Shown piece after piece: positions 1 through 9,139 of a DNA stretch of 64,000 bases (positions are counted from its first letter, which is position 1; the number at the start of each line of letters is the position of its first letter). Both the position numbers and the translations under genes were made by a program. This DNA comes from Desulfatiglandales bacterium (lineage in GTDB: Bacteria; Desulfobacterota; DSM-4660; Desulfatiglandales; HGW-15). The notes below the pieces were generated by a model. That model was not told the DNA's origin, did no database searches, and saw only the letters and a program-made list of their open reading frames with translations. The stretch covers positions 672,001-736,000 of the forward strand of contig CAXXJJ010000001.1 in the NCBI GenBank assembly GCA_963667015.2. The letters run 5' to 3'.

Positions 1-167
1 TAAATGACTGCATTATGAATCCTGAATCCTGCACAAGAAGCAGTTTCTGTGCGGTTAATGAGGTATGGGAAAAGGCGAGGGAGCAATTAAGGACTACCCT
101 CAGGGAAGCAACATTTGATAAACTGTTAAAGGAAGATTTATGCATCAGCAGGTCAATTGGTGGGTGA
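1..167 (+). CDS. Rrf2-family transcriptional regulator, C-terminal part (5' truncated by window edge)
   Basis: Not in ORF track. Translating from nt 3 gives NDCIMNPESCTRSSFCAVNEVWEKAREQLRTTLREATFDKLL...*, the three-Cys Fe-S ligand region and helix typical of Rrf2/IscR C-termini. Lies just upstream of cydA. Confidence 0.75.
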   Translation, partial: NDCIMNPESCTRSSFCAVNEVWEKAREQLRTTLREATFDKLLKEDLCISRSIGG

Positions 168-199
168 TGTTTAAAATATTAAAATAAAGGAGGAATGCC

Positions 200-1510
200 A
201 TGGATGTCCTGTTTTTATCAAGGCTTCAGTTTGCGGCAGCCACAATGTTCCATTTTTTGTTTGTCCCTCTTACATTGGGACTTACGATCATGGTGGCAGT
301 CATGGAAACGAAGTATGTCAGCACAGGTGATGAAACATATCTGAAAATGACCAGATTCTGGGGGAAGTTATTTTTAATTAATTTTGCCCTGGGCATAGTT
401 ACAGGTATCACTCTGGAGTTCCAGTTCGGTACCAACTGGTCAAGGTATTCCGAGTTTGTGGGTGATGTTTTTGGTTCGCTCCTGGCCATTGAGGCAACAG
501 CCGCATTTTTCCTGGAATCCACCCTTATCGGTGTATGGATCTTTGGATGGAAAAAGCTTTCTGCAAAGGCCCATGCAGTTGTCATGTGGCTGATTGCCGG
601 GGCATCAACGCTTTCAGCCGTATGGATACTGATTGCCAACTCATGGATGCAGCATCCTGTAGGATATGTAATCAGGAATGGCAGGGCAGAACTGGATAAC
701 TTTATGGAAGTTGTAACCCAGCCCTGGGCAATCCTTGAATTTATACACACGGTAAGCGGTGCCTATATATTGAGCGCATTTTTTGTCATGGGAATAAGCG
801 CATACCACCTGCTTAAAAAACAGCATTTAGAGTTTTTTACTCGATCATTTCGCATTGCCCTGGCATTTGGCCTGATTTTTTCGATCATTGAAGTAGCAGA
901 AGGGCATATGCACGGGGCGGATCTTGCAGAAAAACAGCCGACCAAACTTGCTGCAATGGAGTCACACTGGGAAACTCAGAAAAGTGCCCCCATATATATG
1001 TTTGTTATTCCCGATGAAAAAAATGAAAAAAACATGGTTGAAATACTTCCAATCCCGGGTATGCTGAGCCTGCTGGCCAAACATAATCCGGGTGCAGAGG
1101 TGAAAGGGCTTAAGGATTTTCCAGCCGATGAAAGACCCCCGGTACTTATCAACTTTATTTCATTCAGGCTTATGGTCGGACTTGGAGTATTTTTCGTTCT
1201 GGTAACATTTATCGGATTTTTGATCAGAAAACGACTTATGGATTTTCCCCTGTATTTGAAGGTCATGCTCTTTTCCATACCTTTGCCCTATATAGCCATA
1301 CAGGCAGGATGGGTTTTAGCAGAGGTGGGCCGACAGCCATGGATAGTATACGGTCTCATGAAAACATCTGATGCGGTATCTCCGATAGATACATCTCAGG
1401 TCTTTATATCCTTCCTGGCCTTTTTAATCGTTTACGGTCTTCTGGGGATTATGGGATTTTATCTGATTGTAAAGAACACCAAAAAAGGTCCGGAAGCGAT
1501 TATTGAATAA
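200..1510 (+). CDS. cydA: Cytochrome bd ubiquinol oxidase subunit I
   Basis: LSRLQFA..FHFLFVP, LEFQFGTNW, QPTKLAAME and EVGRQPW motifs; AGGAGG RBS. Confidence 0.97.
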   Translation: MDVLFLSRLQFAAATMFHFLFVPLTLGLTIMVAVMETKYVSTGDETYLKMTRFWGKLFLINFALGIVTGITLEFQFGTNWSRYSEFVGDVFGSLLAIEATAAFFLESTLIGVWIFGWKKLSAKAHAVVMWLIAGASTLSAVWILIANSWMQHPVGYVIRNGRAELDNFMEVVTQPWAILEFIHTVSGAYILSAFFVMGISAYHLLKKQHLEFFTRSFRIALAFGLIFSIIEVAEGHMHGADLAEKQPTKLAAMESHWETQKSAPIYMFVIPDEKNEKNMVEILPIPGMLSLLAKHNPGAEVKGLKDFPADERPPVLINFISFRLMVGLGVFFVLVTFIGFLIRKRLMDFPLYLKVMLFSIPLPYIAIQAGWVLAEVGRQPWIVYGLMKTSDAVSPIDTSQVFISFLAFLIVYGLLGIMGFYLIVKNTKKGPEAIIE

Positions 1511-1550
1511 CAGCAAACAGTAAACCTTCATTTAAGGGGGGTATATAAAA

Positions 1551-2573
1551 ATGGAATTACAAAATATCTGGTTTTTTCTCTGGGGCCTGCTCTGGGCCGT
1601 ATATTTTATATCGGATGGCTTTGACCTAGGTGTTGGTATACTTCTTCCATTTATTGCAAAAACCGATGATGAAAAGCGCGTTATCTATAACTCCATGGGG
1701 CCCCTGTGGGATGGTAATGAGGTGTGGCTCCTTACCGCAGGCGGTGTAACATTTGCCGCCTTCCCAAGGGTATATGCGGTTATGTTCAGCTCTCTCTATT
1801 CCGCACTTATGCTTATTCTGTTTGCCCTGATTATAAGGGGAGTTTCATTTGAGTTCCGGCACCAGATCGAATGCTCCGGATGGAAAAAGATATGGGATTT
1901 ATGCATGTTTGTGGGCAGTCTTTTGCCTGCTATTCTTTTCGGGGCTGCATTTGCAAATATCTTCAGGGGTATCCCGATAGATCAGGAGGGGGTGTATCAC
2001 GGAACACTGCTTACACTTCTTAATCCCTATGGACTTTTAGGCGGGGTTCTATTTTTACTTTTATTCCTTGTTCATGGAGCAATATGGCTGGCAATAAAGA
2101 GTGAAGGAGATCTTCACAAAAGGGCAAAGGCAGTTGCATCCAGGCTCTGGATTGTTCTGCTGGCAGCTGCGGTAGGATTTCTGATCGCGTCATATTCTGC
2201 CACGAACCTTTATGATAACTATCTAAAAAGCCCTGCACTTTTCATTGTAATTATTATAACCGTGTTTGCTCTTTTAGGGATTAAATTATTCCTGGCAAAA
2301 GAGGCTTTGTGGAAGGCATGGTTTTCATCCGCGGTTACAATTATCGGTGCGACCTTTTATGGTGTTATAGGCCTGTTCCCCAATATGTTTCCTTCAAGCA
2401 TGGATCCTCAGTTCAGCCTGACCGCTCACAATGCATCGTCAAGCCCCATGACATTAAAGATAATGCTGGTTGTGGCCCTTATATTTGTTCCTATTGTTCT
2501 TATTTACCAGGTATGGGCATATAATATGTTTAAGGGAAAGGTTGGAGCAGGGGATTACGAAAAGGTTTATTGA
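1551..2573 (+). CDS. cydB: Cytochrome bd ubiquinol oxidase subunit II
   Basis: DGFDLGVG, GPLWDGNEVWL and RGVSFEFR motifs; follows cydA. Confidence 0.97.
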   Translation: MELQNIWFFLWGLLWAVYFISDGFDLGVGILLPFIAKTDDEKRVIYNSMGPLWDGNEVWLLTAGGVTFAAFPRVYAVMFSSLYSALMLILFALIIRGVSFEFRHQIECSGWKKIWDLCMFVGSLLPAILFGAAFANIFRGIPIDQEGVYHGTLLTLLNPYGLLGGVLFLLLFLVHGAIWLAIKSEGDLHKRAKAVASRLWIVLLAAAVGFLIASYSATNLYDNYLKSPALFIVIIITVFALLGIKLFLAKEALWKAWFSSAVTIIGATFYGVIGLFPNMFPSSMDPQFSLTAHNASSSPMTLKIMLVVALIFVPIVLIYQVWAYNMFKGKVGAGDYEKVY

Positions 2574-2610
2574 GCTTGAAAGCTCTCAGCTATCGGCTTT
2601 CAGCAAAAAA

Positions 2611-2671
2611 GTAGAGACAGGTTCCTATCGCGCAATAGCAAAAAACGCCGGCGGATTAAACCTGTCTCTAC
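2611..2671. repeat. REP-like 61-bp palindromic element, copy 1
   Basis: GTAGAGACAGGTT...AACCTGTCTCTAC inverted arms between convergent genes; related 61-bp copy at 11264-11324. Confidence 0.65.
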
Positions 2672-2710
2672 GGGGCGTCCTTTCTCTACGGCAGGTCGCG
2701 AGTTGCAGGT

Positions 2711-3322
2711 TTATTTTTTTAATTGACGGGTTACTTTTATCAAACGGTCAATTGTCCTGTGGATCGTCTTTATACCTTCATCATCCGCTTCCACCCCTTC
2801 AGCCTTTTTATCCTTTGACCAGAAGGTCATACCCAGATTAGCGCCAAAGGAACTTCCGCCTACGGGTATCATTTCGTTAATTATAAAAAAATCAATCATG
2901 GTCCTTATGACAGGCTCCTGTCCGCCTACCCTGTCGCCTCCCACTGCAAGGCCTGCTCCGACCTTGCCTGCAAAAATGCTCTTCTTTCGTGCAACAGATG
3001 CCCTTAACCGGTCCAGAACTGTTTTAAGCTGTCCACTGACAGCACCATGGTAGACAGGGCTCCCTAGAATCCAGGCATCGGCCCATTCAAGTTTGGGATA
3101 CAGTTCAGCCAAATCATCCTCGTGGATACATCCCTGTTTCTTCCTGACACAGTAATCACAGTGAATGCAGAAGCTGATCTGCTTTTTGTGTACTGAAAAA
3201 AAATCTGTCTCAGCTCCATGTTTTTCTTCAGCATAGCTTAATGCCTTTTTAACCGCGTAATCTGTGGAAGCGATGCGTGGACTTCCTGAAATACCAATGA
3301 GTTTTAGTTTTTTTTCAGTCAT
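2711..3322 (-). CDS. Iron-sulfur flavoprotein (Isf/NADPH-dependent FMN reductase family)
   Basis: GISGSPR start, compact CIHCDYC-x6-C cluster motif, GSPVY, GGQE. Confidence 0.88.
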   Translation of the reverse strand: MTEKKLKLIGISGSPRIASTDYAVKKALSYAEEKHGAETDFFSVHKKQISFCIHCDYCVRKKQGCIHEDDLAELYPKLEWADAWILGSPVYHGAVSGQLKTVLDRLRASVARKKSIFAGKVGAGLAVGGDRVGGQEPVIRTMIDFFIINEMIPVGGSSFGANLGMTFWSKDKKAEGVEADDEGIKTIHRTIDRLIKVTRQLKK

Positions 3323-3324
3323 GT

Positions 3325-3894
3325 TTACTCCTGATTGTTTTTGTCTGCAAGCAATTCATCAAGATCTATACCGCACATCTTGGAAAGTTCCCGGTGTAAC
3401 GCAACACACCTTTTTGCCCCTTCAATAACTCCCTGGCGCAGCATGTTCTGCTCGTGCTGCCTGATTGTCTGAAGGCGGTCACCAAAGGCAAGATTATCGG
3501 CTGCCGCAACGATTTTATCTTCCATTGAAAGAGGAATATAGTCCCGGGCCGGTAAACCTATCTCTTGGGCCTCTTCCCTTGTGATGCCGGCTCCTATATG
3601 GTTTTGTATTATAGAAATAATATCACTGGAAAGGCCAAGTCTCCGGGTAATTTTACACCCTTCAACAGCATGAAAGAGATCATGTCTCTTTGATCTTCCT
3701 ATGTCATGAAGAAGCGCCCCGGCCTCAAGCAGGGCCATATTTATTTTGTACCCTTTTTTACAGAGACACCTTCCAATAATAACAGAAAACCGGTGTACTG
3801 CTTTCACATGTTTAATGACGCCGTCACTGACTCCTTCATTTTTTAGTAGTGAAAGAGAGGTATTGTAATCAGGATAATATATAATGTTATTCAT
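3325..3894 (-). CDS. HDIG-domain metal-dependent phosphohydrolase
   Basis: H..AV, LLHDIGRS, HAVEG, HIGAGI, EDKIVAAADNL; resembles an archaeal-type stand-alone HD protein. Confidence 0.85.
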   Translation of the reverse strand: MNNIIYYPDYNTSLSLLKNEGVSDGVIKHVKAVHRFSVIIGRCLCKKGYKINMALLEAGALLHDIGRSKRHDLFHAVEGCKITRRLGLSSDIISIIQNHIGAGITREEAQEIGLPARDYIPLSMEDKIVAAADNLAFGDRLQTIRQHEQNMLRQGVIEGAKRCVALHRELSKMCGIDLDELLADKNNQE

Positions 3895-3919
3895 ATAAGG
3901 CTAAGCTGTTAAACCGGCT

Positions 3920-4777
3920 TCAATTCAATCTGCTTGCAACATTGTAGATCCCCTCTGCATCGAGGATCGTGTCATTCTGTTCAAAGAGAATGGAGATGCA
4001 TTCCCTGTGGACCTTCATTTTTAAACCGCCTATTCCCAAAGCCCCGAAGACAAGTTTTCCATCTTTTTCCTTTGCTGACCAGTGCGATTTAATCCCTTCA
4101 ATGCCAAGAGGAGGTATTGCATTTACATCAGCCATGACCTTAATGGAAGAGTTTTGCTTCCAGCCTGATTCAGAAAGCATGGTGACTCCATAGGCACCTG
4201 CAGAAAGGACAGCATAGCTGTCATTTATGATTTCATCTGTTTCATAGATTTCATTCACGCAGGCATATGAAACGTCAGCACCAAAACGTTTTGCTATCAG
4301 CTCGCATGCATCATTTGCCTTTTCCGGATTTCGGGATGTGATGGTAACAATGGCCCCTTCCTTTGCAAGAAGACCCGCAGCCCTTATTCCCACCGGTCCT
4401 GTCCCGCCAAGAACCGTTGCATTTTTCCCTCTGATATTTCCGCATGAAATGATTTTTCTGACAGCCGCAGCAGCAGTTGTATTGCACCCGTTGGCATCCA
4501 TCATTACAGAGATTCTTGTGTTTTCAAAAAAACATTCCATCGCCTCTTTTAACATTATTTCACCGACAGGTACATTCGATCCGCCTATAAAGACAGCACT
4601 GTTTTTAAGATCATTCTCCCCCCTTGTAAACATTGCGCCATATACTATATCACTAACTTCTCCGGGCAGGACCCCTCCATAGTGTAAAATATGATCAACC
4701 CCGGCATCAAGGGCGGTAATGCTGTCAACGGAGCTGGGGATTTTATCGCTGTCAATCTGGATTAAAATCTTTTTCAT
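3920..4777 (-). CDS. mtdA: NAD(P)-dependent methylene-H4MPT/H4F dehydrogenase (MtdA/MtdB/MtdC family)
   Basis: AMFTRG, AVFIGG, DANGCNTTAAAAV, GGTGPVG, DVNAIPPLGIEG and GALGIGGLKMKVH match the Mtd family; subfamily uncertain. Confidence 0.85.
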   Translation of the reverse strand: MKKILIQIDSDKIPSSVDSITALDAGVDHILHYGGVLPGEVSDIVYGAMFTRGENDLKNSAVFIGGSNVPVGEIMLKEAMECFFENTRISVMMDANGCNTTAAAAVRKIISCGNIRGKNATVLGGTGPVGIRAAGLLAKEGAIVTITSRNPEKANDACELIAKRFGADVSYACVNEIYETDEIINDSYAVLSAGAYGVTMLSESGWKQNSSIKVMADVNAIPPLGIEGIKSHWSAKEKDGKLVFGALGIGGLKMKVHRECISILFEQNDTILDAEGIYNVASRLN

Positions 4778-4933
4778 GTTATTCCTCCTTAATTTGCCAT
4801 ATTATATCACAGGATAATTTTTCAGGATAGCTGACTCCTCGAAAAGCTAATAATACGAATCGGCTTTTTTACGTTTTTGTTATTGTATTTCTTTAATGGC
4901 GCTGCTGAGAGTACTGTACTGACCGGGGCATGA

Positions 4934-6328
4934 TCAGGTCAGCAGTTCTATAATTCCTGTAATATCTTCAAGTTCTTCAAGTTTATCAAGCATTGAATAG
5001 AGCTTTTCACCTTTAGAGCGGTCTATCTTTTTTGAGTATTCCAGATTTGAGAAAAATTTGTCAACAATCTCACCCCTTGACAGTGGATTTCCCACGGGTT
5101 CTCCCTTTGGGGATTCTATAAGTTTTTCATAGGAGTCTCCGTTTTTCATGGTGACCTTGAGCCTTGCGCATAAAAGTTCCCTTTCTACACCCGGAAGCTG
5201 TTCAAGTTTAATCCTGTTTATTAAATTATGAATTTCTGGATCTTTCAGATTATCTTCTGAAAAATGTTCGGGTTTAACGGATTTTTTTATCAATGCAGCA
5301 GCCACGGGATATCGGTAATTGAAAGCCGCTTTTATATGAGTAAAATCTTCAGTTTCGATTGGCTGTGCAAGAAAACTGTTCAAGCCGGATGTGGAAACAT
5401 AGAGGACAATTTGATCTATGTCACTGCAGTTAAAATCATAATTATTGGCTATAAATACTGCGCAGTCAACTGCTGCATGGCTTACTGCGCAGCATGGGTG
5501 AATCTTGAAGTGTGCATCGCTGTAATATTTTTTGCCAAGGTTTCTGGTCAGTATATCAGGGTTTCCGCATCCACCGCTAAAGAGATTAAAATAGCCCTGC
5601 CTGCCAAATAGCGGATCATCCGGGCCTGCCCACCCGGCCCTTGCGAGCTGGGCGGATATAATGCCATTCCGAGCTGACAGCCCCTGCAGAAGTTTAAAGG
5701 CAGGAACTCCATCCATTATATTCTGCATTGATCCCGACATTTGGTTAAATACGAGACCAAGGGCATTTTTAATCTGTTCTTTGTTAAGTCCCATTATTTT
5801 TGAAGCTATTGCAGCAGATCCAAAACTGTTTGTCGTGCCAACGCTGTCCCAGCCCGGAGGAAGTCCTCCGGTGCTTTCAGACGCCACAATCCTGGCTGTA
5901 AGGTTGTCACCGGAAAGAAGGACCGTAATCAGTTCTTTCCCTGATATCCCATATGCCTCTGCCATGGTGACTGCAGTTATTACAGTTGTTCCGCTTATAT
6001 GTGCGGGCATGCACTTATCTTCAACAAGCGGGCCGAGGGATTCAAAGTCAAAGGATCGGGCCATAACACTGTTTGCAAGGGCGGCGTTATGAGCGACGGT
6101 TTTGCCGCCATGTATTAAAATGCTGGACTTGGCCTTGCCTCCCCAGTCCTTTATCAATTGAATCAATTCAGGATTGCTCTCCGCATTTGCGCCTGCTGCA
6201 ACACACCCGAGGACATCGATAATCCTGTTCTTTGCATTTATAACATTTGACTCATCAAGGTCTTCAAACCTTGTGTCAGCGATATTTTGACAGAGGGCAT
6301 CAGTGATATCAATATTTTGAACTGGCAT
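4934..6328 (-). CDS. MmgE/PrpD family protein
   Basis: AALANSVMARSFDFE, PAHIS, KIHPCCAVSH, PKGEP..P motifs. Start moved to ATG 6328, which has an AGGAGA RBS. Confidence 0.88.
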   Translation of the reverse strand: MPVQNIDITDALCQNIADTRFEDLDESNVINAKNRIIDVLGCVAAGANAESNPELIQLIKDWGGKAKSSILIHGGKTVAHNAALANSVMARSFDFESLGPLVEDKCMPAHISGTTVITAVTMAEAYGISGKELITVLLSGDNLTARIVASESTGGLPPGWDSVGTTNSFGSAAIASKIMGLNKEQIKNALGLVFNQMSGSMQNIMDGVPAFKLLQGLSARNGIISAQLARAGWAGPDDPLFGRQGYFNLFSGGCGNPDILTRNLGKKYYSDAHFKIHPCCAVSHAAVDCAVFIANNYDFNCSDIDQIVLYVSTSGLNSFLAQPIETEDFTHIKAAFNYRYPVAAALIKKSVKPEHFSEDNLKDPEIHNLINRIKLEQLPGVERELLCARLKVTMKNGDSYEKLIESPKGEPVGNPLSRGEIVDKFFSNLEYSKKIDRSKGEKLYSMLDKLEELEDITGIIELLT

Positions 6329-6455
6329 TAAATTTCTCCTGTAGGTAAGATCGAGTAGATTTTTATTTAACATGGTTATTGTGTCAAGCTGTAAATAAAA
6401 AATACCCCTTTAAATATTGAAGTATGTGTATACCAAGGCTGCACCCCTAAAGTTC

Positions 6456-6502
6456 TTGACAAGAAAGCAAAATAACCATAAGTTGTAAACCGAACGTTCG
6501 GT
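6456..6502 (+). promoter_or_regulatory. Sigma70-type promoter with overlapping 14-bp palindromic operator
   Basis: TTGACA (6456-6461)-N17-TAAGTT (6479-6484), then perfect palindrome ACCGAACGTTCGGT (6489-6502), upstream of the TetR gene. Confidence 0.7.
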
Positions 6503-6636
6503 AAAGTTTATTTCTGAAGCAAATCCTGCCTGTTTTAAGGCAGAAAATGTGATTTTCTTATGTCTTGTCTACTGATTATTTGCAGTAGTGATTAGCCCGG
6601 ACAATTACACTGAGTGTCCATTTTTGAGCATGGAAA

Positions 6637-7200
6637 ATGAATAAAAAAGAACAGATTCTTCAGGATATAGCTGAATTATTTTATATTAATGGTTACGAAA
6701 AGACCTCTATAAGGGATATTTCAAAGTCGCTCAATATAAGTAAACCTGGCCTTTATTACCATTTTACCAACAAGCAGGAGATGCTTTTTGACATGATCTA
6801 TGATTTCATGGAAAAAACCAATCTCCATCTTTTTAATGAATTATCAAAGCTGGATACACCCGAAGATAAACTGCTTTGCATAATACGAAATCATATAGGT
6901 TTTTTCATAAAATATCCTGCCCAGATGAGAGTGCTTATTTATGAGGCCCATTCCCTTGAAGATGAGTATTATCAGAAGTTTAAGCATAAGCAGCTTGAAT
7001 ATAAGGTTGTTATAAAAGAGATTCTGCAGGAAATTCTGAAAAAGAACAATTCAAAGAGGAATATTAATGTAGTTACCTTTATGCTGCTTGGCATGCTTAA
7101 CTGGATCATACAGTGGTACGAGCCCAAAGGTATAGTTTCACCTGATAATCTGGCTGAAGAGATGTATTCTTTTTTTATAAACGGACTAAAGGAAAACTAA
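6637..7200 (+). CDS. TetR/AcrR family regulator (KstR2-like C-terminus)
   Basis: GYEKTSIRDIS...LYYHFTNKQEML HTH; LGMLNWIIQWYEPKG C-terminus. Confidence 0.92.
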   Translation: MNKKEQILQDIAELFYINGYEKTSIRDISKSLNISKPGLYYHFTNKQEMLFDMIYDFMEKTNLHLFNELSKLDTPEDKLLCIIRNHIGFFIKYPAQMRVLIYEAHSLEDEYYQKFKHKQLEYKVVIKEILQEILKKNNSKRNINVVTFMLLGMLNWIIQWYEPKGIVSPDNLAEEMYSFFINGLKEN

Positions 7201-7239
7201 ATTATTTCAATAAATTAATTACTATTAAAGGAAATTTAT

Positions 7240-9039
7240 ATGGAACAGTGGACTCTCCCCAAGGTCTTTTTCGATCAGTTGAATCGGCTTCAGGATAAAA
7301 CATTTCTCATTCACAAAAAAGACGGCCAGTGGCAGCACGTATTCTGGGCGGAAGTGGGGGAAAAGGTCCGAAACCTTGCACTCGGTCTCATGAAACTTGG
7401 AGTAAAAAAGGGAGATCGTGTATCGGTTATATCTGAAACAAGGCCCGATTATGCCTATACTGTTACCGCAATCGCCAATTCGGGTGCAATATTTGCCGGT
7501 ATTTATCAGACTAACAGCCTCAAAGAATGCATCCATGTCATAAATGATTCAGGTGCAAAGATTGTTTTTGCAGAAAATAAAGAACAGTGTGATAAAATAC
7601 TGAAGGTATCTGAAAGCTGTCCCCAGATTGAAAAGATTATTGTATTTGATCCCTTTCCTGCAATGGATAATTCCAAACTCATGACACTGGATGACCTGTA
7701 TGCACTTGGAAAAGAGGAATATCGTCAAAAGGGCGAGAGAGAGTACCTGGAAAGGCTTAATCGGGTGGAGCCTGAAGACGTAACAGCTATCATCTATACC
7801 TCAGGTACAACCGGTCCCCCCAAGGGTGTTCTGGATACTAACCGCGGTATATTGATGAATTTGAGAGAGTATACGAAGTTTTTCCCTGTTAGTGAAACTG
7901 ACAGGGGTTTAAGCTTTTTGCCAATGGCCCATGCCCTTGAGCTGCGAAATGGTCACTGGCTGCATATTACTTTTGGTATCGAGCAGGTGTATGCTGAAGG
8001 GATGAGGCAGCTTTTTGATAATGTCAGGGAGATGAATCCCACGTTCTTTTTCACTACACCAAGGTTTTTTGAAAAACATTATAATAACATCTCTGCGGAA
8101 ATTGAAAATGCACCGGGATGGAAGAAGGCAATAATTAAGTGGTGCCTGAAGATCGGGGCAAAATACAATGACGATTCATGGAATGTGAAAGGAACAACGC
8201 CGGATATTCTTACCAGTATAAAATATGTCCTGGCAATGAGTCTGTTTATTAACAGTGTTCGTGAACGTGTCGGACGCAAGCTCAGGTATGGCGGTGTGGG
8301 CGGCGCTCCCATGACTGCTGATATGCTCAATTTTTTCCGTGCCTGCGGATTTCCCCTTTATGAGGGCTATGGCCTTACAGAAGGCTGCGGGCAGCTCGCC
8401 ATTAACAGGCCGGGTGTTTTCAAGTTCGGTACGGTTGGTAAACCTCTGGATGGAATAGAGGTAAAACTGAAGGATGACGGTGAAATCATTGCTAAGGGCT
8501 GGCTCTGCACACCGGGGTACTGGAACAATAAAGCTGCAACCGATGAACTGTATGAAGACGGCTGGCTTAATACAGGGGATATTGGCACTTTTGACGAGGA
8601 TGGTTTTCTGAAAATAACCGGACGAAAAAAGGAGATTATCATTACATCAGGCGGGAAAAACGTATCCCCATCTTACATAGAAAATATTCTTAAGCTGAGT
8701 GCCTTTATCAGCCAGGCTGTTGTCTTTGGGGAAGGGAAGGATTATATTACCGCTCTACTCACCCTCAATCAGGAAGAGGTGGAAAGATACGCCAAAAAGA
8801 ATGATATCCTGTATACCGATTATGCGGATCTCATATCAAAAAAAGAGATACTGGATCTTGTTCAGCGGGAAATAGATACTCAGAATAAAGAACTGGCAAA
8901 GATTGAAAATATACGCAGGTTCACCATCCTAAAGGATGAATTCAGCCAGGAAAGAGAAGAAGTAACCCCGACTTTTAAGATAAAGAGAAGGGTTATCAAC
9001 GAGAGATATGCAGATCTTGTTGCAAAGATGTATGAATAA
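7240..9039 (+). CDS. Long-chain fatty acid/acyl-CoA ligase (AMP-binding)
   Basis: IIYTSGTTGPPKGV, YEGYGLTE, WLNTGDIG, TPTFKIKR. Confidence 0.92.
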   Translation: MEQWTLPKVFFDQLNRLQDKTFLIHKKDGQWQHVFWAEVGEKVRNLALGLMKLGVKKGDRVSVISETRPDYAYTVTAIANSGAIFAGIYQTNSLKECIHVINDSGAKIVFAENKEQCDKILKVSESCPQIEKIIVFDPFPAMDNSKLMTLDDLYALGKEEYRQKGEREYLERLNRVEPEDVTAIIYTSGTTGPPKGVLDTNRGILMNLREYTKFFPVSETDRGLSFLPMAHALELRNGHWLHITFGIEQVYAEGMRQLFDNVREMNPTFFFTTPRFFEKHYNNISAEIENAPGWKKAIIKWCLKIGAKYNDDSWNVKGTTPDILTSIKYVLAMSLFINSVRERVGRKLRYGGVGGAPMTADMLNFFRACGFPLYEGYGLTEGCGQLAINRPGVFKFGTVGKPLDGIEVKLKDDGEIIAKGWLCTPGYWNNKAATDELYEDGWLNTGDIGTFDEDGFLKITGRKKEIIITSGGKNVSPSYIENILKLSAFISQAVVFGEGKDYITALLTLNQEEVERYAKKNDILYTDYADLISKKEILDLVQREIDTQNKELAKIENIRRFTILKDEFSQEREEVTPTFKIKRRVINERYADLVAKMYE

Positions 9040-9043
9040 AAGC

Positions 9044-9078
9044 GCGGTATAAGGTTTACGGTATACGGTACGCGGTTA
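9044..9078. repeat. Degenerate 7-bp tandem repeat (GCGGTAT AAGGTTT ACGGTAT ACGGTAC GCGGTTA)
   Basis: Read directly; related array at 23654-23681. Confidence 0.55.
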
Positions 9079-9139
9079 AAGAAACATATAAATATAGATT
9101 GAAAACAAGTATAAAAATACCAGGTAATTGGAGGTAAAA

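Noticed and set aside
2470..2841. Possible small cydX/cydS-like or hypothetical ORF after cydB
   Set aside because: It overlaps cydB and the convergent flavoprotein and runs through the repeat element; no CydX-like single-TM peptide seen
6637..7200. TetR as MftR
   Set aside because: It heads the acyl-CoA operon 7 kb upstream, has a KstR2-like C-terminus, and its palindrome is not seen before mftA
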